In this document: positions 25,821 to 36,318 of the stretch, in pieces
Layout: every line of letters begins with the position of its first letter
How positions within the stretch are numbered: the first letter of the stretch is position 1
Assembly (NCBI GenBank): GCA_048128005.1
Contig: JBEUKZ010000042.1
Span: 1 to 41,104 of the forward strand
DNA length: 41,104 nt
Origin: Veleropilina oligotropha
Taxonomy: Eukaryota
Direction of reading: 5' to 3'
Position numbers and translations under genes: made by a program
Notes under the pieces: generated by a model
The model's database searches: none
Told to the model about the DNA's origin: nothing
What the model saw: the letters and a program-made list of their open reading frames with translations, nothing else

Positions 25821-26524
25821 TGCCTCTCTCACACAGTGAAGAATATCCTTGCGAATATGAAAATTTGAAATTCGCGGCAAATTCGCCGAAAATGATATGA
25901 TTGGCCTGGAGAAATACTGAAAAAAGTGAGGCCACACAAATGGTTACGAATTTCTTACGAATCCTTGCGAATTTCTTACGAACCTTACGATTACTTAACA
26001 ATCAAGTTGCCTAATTTCTTGCGAATCATTTGCGAATGTTACGAATGCCCTTGCGAATCTTGCGAATGCTTGCGAATACTTGCGAACGAAACGAATGAAA
26101 CGACTACACAACGCATGCGTGGCGAATTGCATATAAACCCCTTGCCAATGTTTCGCTTTGTCACTTGTTCGCCAGCCACGGCCGAGTCAACTTCTTCTTC
26201 ACATTTTCATCTTGAATTATATGGTATTCTTCAAGACGAATGCTACCAAATCATTACAAATGTCTTACGATCACTACAAATGCCTTTCCATCAATAAGAA
26301 TGGCTTGCGATTGTTTACGAAATTGTTGCGAAAACAATGAGAATATGCTTTCCTGGCGAATTTTAGGAGCATGTTCCTAATATTCGCAGCACCCAATGAA
26401 CGACTGCGAATGCTCAAGAACACCTACGAATGTCTGGCGATCACCTTGTGATCATTGCGAATTGGTGGCGAATTGCATTCGTTAGCCCATTCGCCACCAT
26501 ATTCTTCACTGTGTGAGAGAGGCA
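25821..26524. mobile_element. PIF/Harbinger MITE (704 bp), empty copy
   Basis: TIR TGCCTCTCTCACACAGTGAAGAATAT at both ends, TTA on both sides, many GCGAAT/ACGAAT motifs. Confidence 0.92.
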
Positions 26525-26720
26525 TTATATTAAAGACTGGACAGCGATAGTAAAAGGCTAGAGCGGATGGTAAGCTCATTTCTGAATCGGAAAGCGAACA
26601 GACCATATCGAAAGGTTGACAAATGATTAAAACAACAGCAATCCAATTACGGGTTGTGTTTTGTTGTAAGTGAGGTATATAGGCTGAGCTATGCAATATG
26701 TTATATTGTTGTCTTTATAT

Positions 26721-27767
26721 GGTTCATGCTCAGGATGTCGCAATATGAACATCGGTCTACTCTGCGGGTCAATTTTTTGCGACGTCGTGAGACTTCGCCT
26801 TCAGGGGATTAGCTATAACAATGGTGTAATTAGTGAGTCACGGTTACAAGGTTCAACTAATTTCACGGTGCACGGTATATTAATACTAGTAAGTGGAAAT
26901 ATAAATACAAAAATTGTAGCATTTTATATTTTATGAATTAATACCGGAGAAATAAATACAAAATAAACAGTTTTATTGCATATATAACATATAAATTAAT
27001 AACTGTAACTATGGAATTCATGCACAATAACTGTTTTCTTACACATACTACTTGAAGTTATTCAAAATGAATAAAATGAGACACAGCGTCAGCGTATTCA
27101 ATAACGTCGATTTCACTTCTTGCCAGCTTTCCCTTCAGTTCATGTAATCTAGATTCCAGCGTACGATATTTCGTCTTCTTGGTTGGTCTTTTCTGTCCTG
27201 CAGCGTACTGAATGATTTGTACTTCTGTTGTCTTTTGAACTAACCGTAGCAGATGGATAATTTCAAATATGTTGGGATGCGCTTTACGAATTAGTTTATT
27301 TATCCGACTGTGATATCCTTCGAGGTGATTGTTTGTCCTTGGACCTGTCGTCTCATAGTGGTTCTACTGTTCGAATCGGAGAAAATTTCCTTTCCAGCCA
27401 TTGGTGCGTCATGTAGTCTGATAAAGCGTCGCATCTTCGGTCCCTTGGCATCCGAGCGTGAGTGTCCAGCCATACATCCATAATCTGACAAGCATAGGTG
27501 CACAGTTAGGTTAATTTTGCTATGACTGACTTGAATATATTGATTGAAAATATTTTTATTGAGATATTCGTCGGATCATAATTATATACATTTACTTAAT
27601 ATAAAGTTTTAGTTTGAAAAGTTTCAATAATCCTTGTGAAATTAGTGCGAAGATTAAGTAACAGGACAGAGCTTATATAAAACATCTCGCCGAATAAAAA
27701 TATACAAAACAGCAGCTTCAAGCACATGATAATTAGTGAAAATAAACAATTGAATCCGATTAAATAA
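26721..27767 (-). mobile_element. Truncated duplicate of the Mutator-like derivative at 36319-37772
   Basis: Near-identical to 36319-37367; transposase C-terminus remnant at 27058-27500. Confidence 0.8.
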
Positions 27768-28170
27768 CTGGTTCTCGTCCGTCTTAGGCCAGATAGATGA
27801 GGGGTTGTGGCTGAATTTCCAAGCCGAGTCGTTCAACCTGGTGAACCGCTTCCTCCAGGAAAGCCAGAAACGACGCCAGCCACAGACACAGCCCGCCGGC
27901 CCAACCATGACCCAGAGACCAGTCTGGCAGCCGCCGCAGCCCATGACGTCCCAGCTGCAGGGCTTCAATTACGTACCCGGTTCAGCCGTCGCCATCACCC
28001 ATCGGGTCGTCCGCCTTCGCAGGAGTATCTGGAACGTCACAGTTGCAACAGAGCCCTGCCCGTCGACACACCGCTCCGCCGCTAGGTCAGGGACCGTTGT
28101 GCTTTGATAGCGACTTCTCTTCGCTTCTACATCCGCCACAGTGATGATGGTCTGCCGTCCAGGCGAACGA
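27768..28170 (+). pseudogene. Probable C-terminal remnant of Harbinger A Myb/MADF-type partner gene
   Basis: WFSSVLGQIDEGLWLNFQAESFNLVNRFLQ followed by P/Q-rich tail; GC-rich; position convergent with the transposase as in element B. Confidence 0.55.
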
Positions 28171-28397
28171 CTCGACCCCCTAGCCAGTCGTCGTATCCTC
28201 GTTACACACCTGCTCTTTTGTTTGTCATGGGTTGTGATGCAACGATGTACCGGTATATAGTATCGTGAATATTTTAAGTTTGTAATTAAAATACCTGTAC
28301 GTATTTTTGGTTAAAATATGTATTTGCCTCTTGTTCTTCAATAATGTCCAAAGCTTGAGTTAAGTTATCGTTTCAGACATGTTGCGGCGTGTAAGTC

Positions 28398-28544
28398 GGA
28401 TATCGGCCTCGTACATAGGCCTTTCTGTGTAGGAAAAACCTGCCCACGGGCTTCATGAAACACTCCGCGCTCTCGGTGTCACATGAAGCCTGTTATGTGG
28501 GCAGTCTGTCCTAAACAGAAAGACCTAGTACTCGGCCGATATCC
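28398..28544. mobile_element. Palindromic foldback element
   Basis: GGATATCGGCC...CTTTCTGT...GCCCAC...GGCTTCATG mirrored by CATGAAGCC...GTGGGC...ACAGAAAG...GGCCGATATCC. Confidence 0.75.
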
Positions 28545-29010
28545 TATACATAATTCACCAAGACGACTTTCGGATGGATGTTCCGTATTGAATGTGCCAG
28601 TCGTGCCGGTGTAAAGACTTCAAGTTACCCCCAATTTAAAATTACCCCCCAGTAATCAGAAATCGATTTCACCTTACCCCCAGGGGTAACTTGAATCTGA
28701 TTTAATATTAACCCCGCACTGTTCAAATTACCCCCTGCACTATTCTGCTGAACGATATTGTAAAGCAATTATAACTCATGATACTAGTCTCATGCAGGTA
28801 ACACTTGATGAATTGTAGGTATATGAAGCGTTTGTTCATTCGTCAGACCGTACGCCTGTCTGTCCGAACGAAAGTTTATACAACTCGAGCTGCCTGGTGG
28901 ACAGCGTGCTGGGCCATTGCATGCCAGCCACTAAATGACAGTCTATAACCATTAATGGACAAGTGTGAGTGGGATGGGTCGAAGCAATAATTGAGGGTGG
29001 AGACGCCAGA

Positions 29011-30318
29011 TTAGGCGAGCACTCTGTCCTGCCATGGGACGGCGCCGATCGGTGAATTGCCGTAGTGCTTCAGAAGAAGCCGCTGCCTCTTAGCCTCCCT
29101 GGTGTTGAAGTTGCCTCCTCTCACTGCAGCCACATCTTGCAGGTCGGCGTTCAACCTCCAGGCACCTGGCACCAGGTTGTGGTCTGCATCCTCGTGGTCG
29201 GCGATGCCGTGATGCTGGGCCGGGTAGCGCAGACGCATGATGTTGTGCAAACACACACACGCCATCACGACGTCGGTGGCTGGGTCTGGCTGAAGCTCGA
29301 GGGTGGTCAGCAGGCAACGAAAGCGGCAAGCACGGATGCCAAAGGCATTCTCAACCACACGCCTCACACGCGAGAGACGGTAATTGAAAACCTGCTCCTG
29401 GTAGTCCATCCGGCCTTGACGGCTGAAGGGCTTCATAAGCCAGGTTCGCAGGGCGAACGCCTCGTCTGCAACGATGTAATATGGCATGTCATGGTCATCT
29501 CCAGGCAGAGGTGAAGGTGGTGGCACGCCAATCTGTTCGGCCTCGAGGCTCATCTTCAGGTCACAGCAGTTCCAAATCTGCGCATCAGAACAAGCACCAT
29601 TGGCACCGACGTCGACCCACAGGAAGAACTAGTTGGCATCTGCCAGCGCAAGGAGCACAATGGAAAAGTACCCCTTATAGTTGTAGTACTCGGAGCCAGA
29701 GTTCTTGGGAGCGCGAATGGCAACATGCTTCCCATCCATGGCACCAAGGGTGTGGGGAAAGTTCCAGCGTTGCGCAAAACGGTCCGAAACGGCGGTCCAC
29801 TGATCGGGCTTCACAGGGCATCGGAGGACCTCATCAGTATACTCGTCACGAATGGCGCTGCACACCTCGCGCACAATCTTGGAGATGGTGTTGTGGGCCG
29901 TACGCCACCCAAAACTCATGGAACGGAAAGACATGCCAGTCGACAAGAATCGTAGGGTCACAGCAACCCTGGCAGCGGGAGAAATGGCCTTGCGCATCCA
30001 TGTGTCAGCATGGCGTATGCGCGGTTTCAAACGGTCCACCAGTTCCACAAACAACTGTTCATCCAAACGAATGAAATTCCGGAAACCCTCCTCATCCTCC
30101 ACCTGCAGTTCCTTCACGAGGTGCTCGAAGTGGCCAAACTGAGGACGCCGCTGAAGCCACAGCCTGACCCAAAACTGTCTCGCAGCCGGTCTTCCTCTTT
30201 CCGCTTCCTCTTGTGCCTCGATCTGCGCAAGAGCCAACTCGATTCGCGCCTGGTCCACGCGCAGGGCCGCCAACTGCCGCCTGAGACGTCTTCTGTGCAT
30301 CACACGGTCCATGATCAA
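29011..30318 (-). pseudogene. Harbinger DDE transposase (DDE_Tnp_4/HARBI1-like) with one in-frame TAG at 29629-29631
   Basis: GAMDGKH, YYNYKGYFS, DAN*FFLWVDVG, ADEAF, FNYRLSR.RRVVENAFG; both ORFs share a frame. Confidence 0.92.
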
Positions 30319-31416
30319 AATGTATGTTGCTGCTACACGTTATAGAACAACCTACTGCTGCTGCTGTTCAGAGATAACTGGTGGCTTTCAAGGATTTGGG
30401 GTTCTTTACTACAGGGCCAGACAGTGACCTTGACCTACACGAATGTGACATGTCTGGTGCACAATTCGGGAAATTGTGGGCGAATTGTCGTCGAATGTTC
30501 GCCGACATTTCGGCGAATATTCGGCGAATATTCGTTAGTAGTAGCAACAGTTAGAAGAATATGGTATATCCGGCGAACTATCGCCGAATGCTCGCCGATG
30601 ATTCGCCCACAATTCTGCCACAATTCGCCCACATTCGTACCCAACCCGGATCAGGCACGAACACTCGCCCCAGTTTTGAATACATTCAAAACTTTTGCGG
30701 ACAATCGCCACACCCAACGAATTGTAAAATTGGATAAGATAATTAGCAGAATGGTGGCTGAACTGTGGCAGGATTGTCTACGAATGCCTACGAATTCCTT
30801 ATTCGTAGTCACTTGCGAGATATCGCCGGATGTATTCGCCAAAGTGGGACACCCCCTTTATGCCTCTCTCACACAGTGAAGAATATCCTTGCGAATATGA
30901 AAATTTGAAATTCGCGGCAAATTCGCCGAAAATGATATGATTGGCCTGGAGAAATACTGAAAAAAGTGAGGCCACGCAAATGGTTACGAATTTCTTACGA
31001 ATCCTTGCGAATTTCTTAAGGTGCCCTCACACCATAGCGTATGCTGAAACCTATGAGTTGCGTGTAAAAATTAATTGTATACGCACCAAACGCTACCGAA
31101 ATCAACAATTTTGTCAATTTGTAACCAATTCGACCTATGGGTTGCTTGTGAGTTGCGTGTGGGTGGCGTGTGGGTTGCGAACTGAACTTATGATCCCTCA
31201 ATATCTGCGATCATCGGCGTACGAGTTGCGTGCGAGTTGCGTGCGAGTTGCGTGCAGAACTTACGAGTTACGTTTGAGTTGCGTTCAAAACTTACAAGTT
31301 GCATTTGACCTGCGTGCTAGTTGCATGGTATTTGCGAATATCGGTCATGTGATAAAAAAAAGGCGATCCGATTCAGTATTTTCTTTCAGTACTGATTTGG
31401 TCATCGAAGAGTCAAC

Positions 31417-33293
31417 ATGGGGAAAGGTAGCAAGAAATCAGAAAAAAGTGACCCCAAAAGTGATGTCAAAATTACTGAAACAGCTTCCCGTGGCCGTGGC
31501 CGAAAACAACCAGCAAGAGGAAGAGGTGTGCCGCCTGTTGATGCCGCCCCTGCTCCTCCTACAGAATCATTGACTCGTCACTCCTCCAGTTCATCACAGC
31601 ATTCCAACAATGTAGCAGTCATTTATTCTGATGAACATGGCTCTGGTTCTCCATCCAAATCCAAGAAGAAGAAGGTGTCCAAACCCACCAAGCCCAGGAA
31701 AATAAAAGAATCTGCTACCATCAGCGAGGCCAGAGAGATTCTGATGGTTGAGTGGCTGAGGGAGAACCCAATGGTGTGGAATCCAAAACTCAACGCCTAC
31801 AAAGACACTGGCAAGAGGCTGAAGAGGTGGGAAGATCAGGCCCAGGTGCTGGACCCCTCACACGATGAGATCAAAGATGGCGCCCACTTGCAGCGATGGT
31901 TCCGGTCCTTGCGTGACATCCATGTGAAGCTTGACAAAGATTTAAAAAGCGGTGCTGGTGCCAGGGAGCTTACTTCAATGACCGAGAGGGAGACGTGGAT
32001 CAATACATTCAGCTTCCTGAAGGGAATCATTCGGCACCGCCGTGAGCCCCTCGTCAGTGTCCGGACAGCTCTCCAGAACACCGGAGGAGACCTCACGGCT
32101 GCCGAGGCTGCGTGCGCTGAACAAGCTGCAGATGGATCCACCGGTGATACCACCCCTGACCTGGAACTCACGTGCACCTCCAGGGTGGCAACCAAGGCAG
32201 CCTCGACGCCGCAGACAGGTATGCATATCAAACCTTAATTGTACATATTGTCTATATATAATCATACGCACTAGTTTGTCAACAAAATCACAAATTTAGT
32301 ACAAAATAAAGGCATGACGTAGTATAAATTTAATAAATAGGATAATTAATCGTTCGGTGTTGAATGGCCTGCAATAATACACTCACGTTCGTCGGTTCCG
32401 CGTAAAGAACGCGAAAGATACGCTCATTTGTTGTTTACGCGGAGACCGACGAACACTCGTGTATTATTACAGGCTATTCAACACCGAACGATTAATTATC
32501 CTCTATATATTAATATTATTACAGGGCAGCTGTGGAAGCCCTCCAGAAGAAGGTCACGGACTCCACTGACTTTCTGAAGGAGCTCGCCGCCAAGCCAAAG
32601 GACCAGCCTACCAATGAGAGAGAGGTGTTTGGACAGTATGTCCACAACAGCCTCCTCACCATGTCTAAGGCCCGCTTCAAGAAGACCAGGCTGATCATAA
32701 ACAAGCTGCTCACACAGTTCATGGATGAAGATGCTGCCGAGTCGTCGTCGGAGGAAGAGGAGGAGGTAGATGACATGCAATCGAGGTCAGATCGCCGACC
32801 AGGTGACCAGGAAGCCAGCACCAGCACCCACATACCAGGTCGGCCGATGTCCACACCAGCCCCCGGCTCCTTTGGTGCGTGTGTGTACCCTAACTACCAG
32901 CCTCCTCCCCACCAGTGGAAATCCAACCCTCCACAAGGCAGTGTCTGGGACTCCATGAGCAAGGACTACATGAGCAGCTATTATGCACGGACAGTCTTCC
33001 CACAGCAGCAGCAACAGCAGCAGCAACAGCAGCAGCAACACCAGCTACAGCAGCAGCTACAACAGCAGCAACAGCAGCAGCAACAGCAACTACAGCAGCA
33101 GCTACAGCAGCAGCAGCAACAGCAGGAACAGCGCAAGCAGCAGCAGCTGCATACAGACACCAGCCTGTGCAACCTCTCCAACATGTCGTCACTCCTCGGA
33201 GGGTCTCAAACTCCGAGTGCAGCTGCTAAGGATCAGGAGGATGGTGATCTGCTGAACACTCCAATAACAAAGGCACCAGTTACACCGAACTAA
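31417..33293 (+). CDS. Harbinger Myb/SANT-like (MADF-type) DNA-binding protein, two predicted exons (31417-32218 and ~32530-33293)
   Basis: K-rich NLS-like N-terminus; MVEWLRENPMVWN...YKD...RWEDQA...LQRWFRSLRD trihelix tryptophan pattern; donor CAG|GTATGC at 32219; AG at 32528-32529 keeps frame; poly-Q tail. Confidence 0.8.
32340..32501. mobile_element. Palindromic foldback element inside the predicted intron
   Basis: GGATAATTAATCGTTCGGTGTTGAAT...AATAATACAC mirrored by GTGTATTATT...ATTCAACACCGAACGATTAATTATCC. Confidence 0.85.
33003..33150 (+). repeat. CAG/CAA trinucleotide tract encoding poly-Q
   Basis: Direct inspection. Confidence 0.95.
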
Positions 33294-33722
33294 GACTGCT
33301 TTAGGATTCATGACTGCTTGCTCTATGAGTACTTAGTGTTTTAGGACTGCTTTAGTTTTCTACTTGTGTGTTATGTTTCAGTTGATGATATAAATAAAAA
33401 GTTATAACATGTTTAAATTGTGTGTGTGTTTGACAAGCTGCATGATATTGAAATGTATGGAACGCCAAATGGCTATTTATTCAGATTTTATGGATATCCA
33501 TAAATGATATAAGTGATATATGGATATCCATACCTGATTTAAGCCTTTTGGCGTTACATACATTTCTATATAATGCAACTTTCATATCATTATCATTTCT
33601 ACGTCAAGCCCATAAAGACAAAAACACAGATTACCAATTGTGACAGATTCATTATGGAACAACAATACAGTATATATATCAATCTCACTACAACAACAGT
33701 CACTACAACAACACAGGTTCCT

Positions 33723-34991
33723 CTAGATCATGCTGTTTTGCCAACGAACAGCACCTGCCTCTGAGTTGACCCAGTGCTTGACGAGGTTCCTCTGCTTCTT
33801 TCCTTTGTTGGTTGCAGTGTTTGGCCCAACAACTACCTGGGTGTCCAGCATATCCCTTCCATCTCTCCAGGCTCCAGCGATGATGACACCGTTGTTCCCC
33901 ACACGGTCGAGCTGTTGATTCTGTAGACCAGGGTAGCGTATCCTCATGAGATTGTGTAGGCAAATGCAGGTTTTGGCTATGAGCTTGACATTTTCTGGAA
34001 GATGCTGCATGGTGCCAAGCATAACCTGGAATCTGTTGGCTAGGATGCCAAAGGCATTTTCCACTACCCTCCTGGCACGGGAAAGACGGTAATTGAAGAT
34101 CCTGTGGTTATCATCCAGACCACGGAGTCCGTAGGGCTTCATCATGGTCTCTCTGAGGCCGAATGCATCGTCTCCGATGAAGTAGTAGGGTACATCCTGG
34201 GTGTCATTGGGTAGAGGATCTGGTCTTGGAAATCCGATGTTATCCCCTTCCACATATTCCTTCAACTCGCAGTTGTTGTATATTTGGGCGTCTGATGAGG
34301 AACCTAGACCACCCAGGTCTGCCCAGATAAATTTGTAATCACCATCTACGAGGGCCAGGAGCACCACAGAGTAGAACCCCTTGTAATTATAGTACATGGA
34401 TCCACTGTTGGGGGGACACCTGCATGCCACGTGCTTCCCATCTAGGGCCCCACATGTATGGGGAAAGTTCCACCTGTTCATGAAGTTGTCTGATATGGCA
34501 CGCCATCCCTCAGGAGTGGTGGGGCACGTCATCACCTCGTCCAGGTACTCAGCAATTATGGCTTGGCAGACCTCACGGACCACGACTGAGATGGTGTTGT
34601 CTGGTACCCTCCATCCGTACTGCATGTCGGAGTACTGGGTGCCCGAGGCCAGGTGCCGCAAAGTGATTGCCAGCTTCAGGCCAGGGTCCAGGGGCAACCT
34701 GTACTTGGTGTTTTCCTTGGTGATGCGAGGACCAACTCTCCGTAGCAGCTCATCGTACATATCTGGGGGCATCCTCATGAAGTTATTGAATGCACCTTGG
34801 TCCTCGTTCCGGAGCTCCACCAGAAGCTGGTCGTAGAGACCAAAGTCAAGGCGCCTGCTAATCCATGGTCTAACCCACACTCTTCTTCTTCTTCTTCTTC
34901 TCCCCCTTCTGTTTATTCTATTCTGTAGGTGTTGCAGTGCTAAATTGACCAGATTAAACTGATGTCCAATAACAGCAAGAGCTAGATCCAT
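33723..34991 (-). CDS. Harbinger DDE transposase, intact ORF (first ATG at 34991)
   Basis: WVRPW, FMRM, LAITLRHLASG, GALDGKH, YYNYKGFYS, GDDAF, FNYRLSRARRVVENAFG with no stops. Confidence 0.95.
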   Translation of the reverse strand: MDLALAVIGHQFNLVNLALQHLQNRINRRGRRRRRRRVWVRPWISRRLDFGLYDQLLVELRNEDQGAFNNFMRMPPDMYDELLRRVGPRITKENTKYRLPLDPGLKLAITLRHLASGTQYSDMQYGWRVPDNTISVVVREVCQAIIAEYLDEVMTCPTTPEGWRAISDNFMNRWNFPHTCGALDGKHVACRCPPNSGSMYYNYKGFYSVVLLALVDGDYKFIWADLGGLGSSSDAQIYNNCELKEYVEGDNIGFPRPDPLPNDTQDVPYYFIGDDAFGLRETMMKPYGLRGLDDNHRIFNYRLSRARRVVENAFGILANRFQVMLGTMQHLPENVKLIAKTCICLHNLMRIRYPGLQNQQLDRVGNNGVIIAGAWRDGRDMLDTQVVVGPNTATNKGKKQRNLVKHWVNSEAGAVRWQNSMI

Positions 34992-36318
34992 GTTGTCACC
35001 TCGGAGGTCCACCAACAACTGACACGAATCTAGGAAAAAGCCAACTAGTTATACCATTTCTCAACACGCATGTAGTACGCAACTAACGCGCAACTCACAC
35101 GCAACTAATATGTTGAATACGCATGGCATAGGTTGGGGATACGCTGGGAATAAGCACAATAGGTTGGGGTACGCTACACACGCAACAGGCACGCAACACG
35201 ATCGCAACAGGTACGCAACACATTCGCAACATGTACGGTACCAAAACCTGGCCAGATACCTCACATTTGGACCTGCGATCACCAACGTTCATAACTTATG
35301 AGTTGCGTACCTGTTGCGATCGTGTTGCGTGTGTAGCGTACCTGTTGCGTCCCTGTTGCGTATACATTGATCGCAGACATTCGCAGGGAATTATTGAACA
35401 TGTTCAAAATTCCGAACTTACTCTGCGTGTGTCTGCGATCACCTGCGTGCTTGTTGCATATCTCAAACCTATAATACCTATTAGTTGCGTGTCAGTTGCA
35501 TTCGGAACTTATGACCACTATTTTTTATTCGCAACCATACGCAACTGGTGATCGCTATGGTGTGAGGGCACCTTTACGAACCTTACGATTACTTAACAAT
35601 CAAGTTGCCTAATTTCTTGCGAATCATTTGCGAATGTTACGAATGCCCTTGCGAATCTTGCGAATGCTTGCGAATACTTGCGAACGAAACGAATGAAACG
35701 ACTACACAACGCATGCGTGGCGAATTGCATATAAACCCCTTGCCAATGTTTCGCTTTGTCACTTGTTCGCCAGCCACGGCCGAGTCAACTTCTTCTTCAC
35801 ATTTTCATCTTGAATTATATGGTATTCTTCAAGACGAATGCTACCAAATCATTACAAATGTCTTACGATCACTACAAATGCCTTTCCATCAATAAGAATG
35901 GCTTGCGATTGTTTACGAAATTGTTGCGAAAACAATGAGAATATGCTTTCCTGGCGAATTTTAGGAGCATGTTCCTAATATTCGCAGCACCCAATGAACG
36001 ACCGCGAATGCTCAAGAACACCTACGAATGTCTGGCGATCACCTTGTGATCATTGCGAATTGGTGGCGAATTGCATTCGTTAGCCCATTCGCCACCATAT
36101 TCTTCACTGTGTGAGAGAGGCATTATATTAAAGACTGGACAGCGATAATAAAAGGCTAGAGCGGATGGTAAGCTCATTTCTGAATCGGAAAGCGAACAGA
36201 CCATATCGAAAGGTTGACAAATGATTAAAACAACAGCAATCCAATTACGGGTTGTGTTTTGTTGTAAGTGAGGTATATAGGCTGAGCTATGCAATATGTT
36301 ATATTGTTGTCTTTATAT

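Larger units (their letters stand above)
27768..30857. mobile_element. Harbinger element A, left-truncated
   Basis: Transposase on minus strand, 3' remnant of partner gene on plus strand, GGCGAA-rich subterminus, end ...TTCGCCAAAGTGGGACACCCCCT followed by TTA. Confidence 0.85.
31019..35573. mobile_element. Harbinger element B, full-length and apparently autonomous
   Basis: Perfect 21-bp TIR AGGTGCCCTCACACCATAGCG; TTA TSD at 31016-31018 and 35574-35576; two convergent genes; TTGCGT/ACGCAA subterminal motifs. Confidence 0.95.
30861..36122. mobile_element. Second copy of the Harbinger MITE, split by Harbinger B (halves 30861-31018 and 35574-36122)
   Basis: Halves rejoin to a near-identical copy of 25821-26524; same TIRs and TTA flanks. 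Confidence 0.92.

Noticed and set aside
25813..26936. Short ORFs duplicated at 35605-36536
   Set aside because: Chance frames in motif-rich MITE DNA; identity reflects the DNA duplication
28620..28740. Interstitial telomeric repeats
   Set aside because: TTACCCC motifs are dispersed and are not TTAGGG arrays
32770..33255. Poly-Ala, poly-Cys, poly-Ser and poly-Leu ORFs
   Set aside because: Alternate frames of the CAG/CAA tract
33723..34991. Domesticated HARBI1 host gene
   Set aside because: Bounded by perfect TIRs and TSD with a paired Myb-like gene, so a transposon
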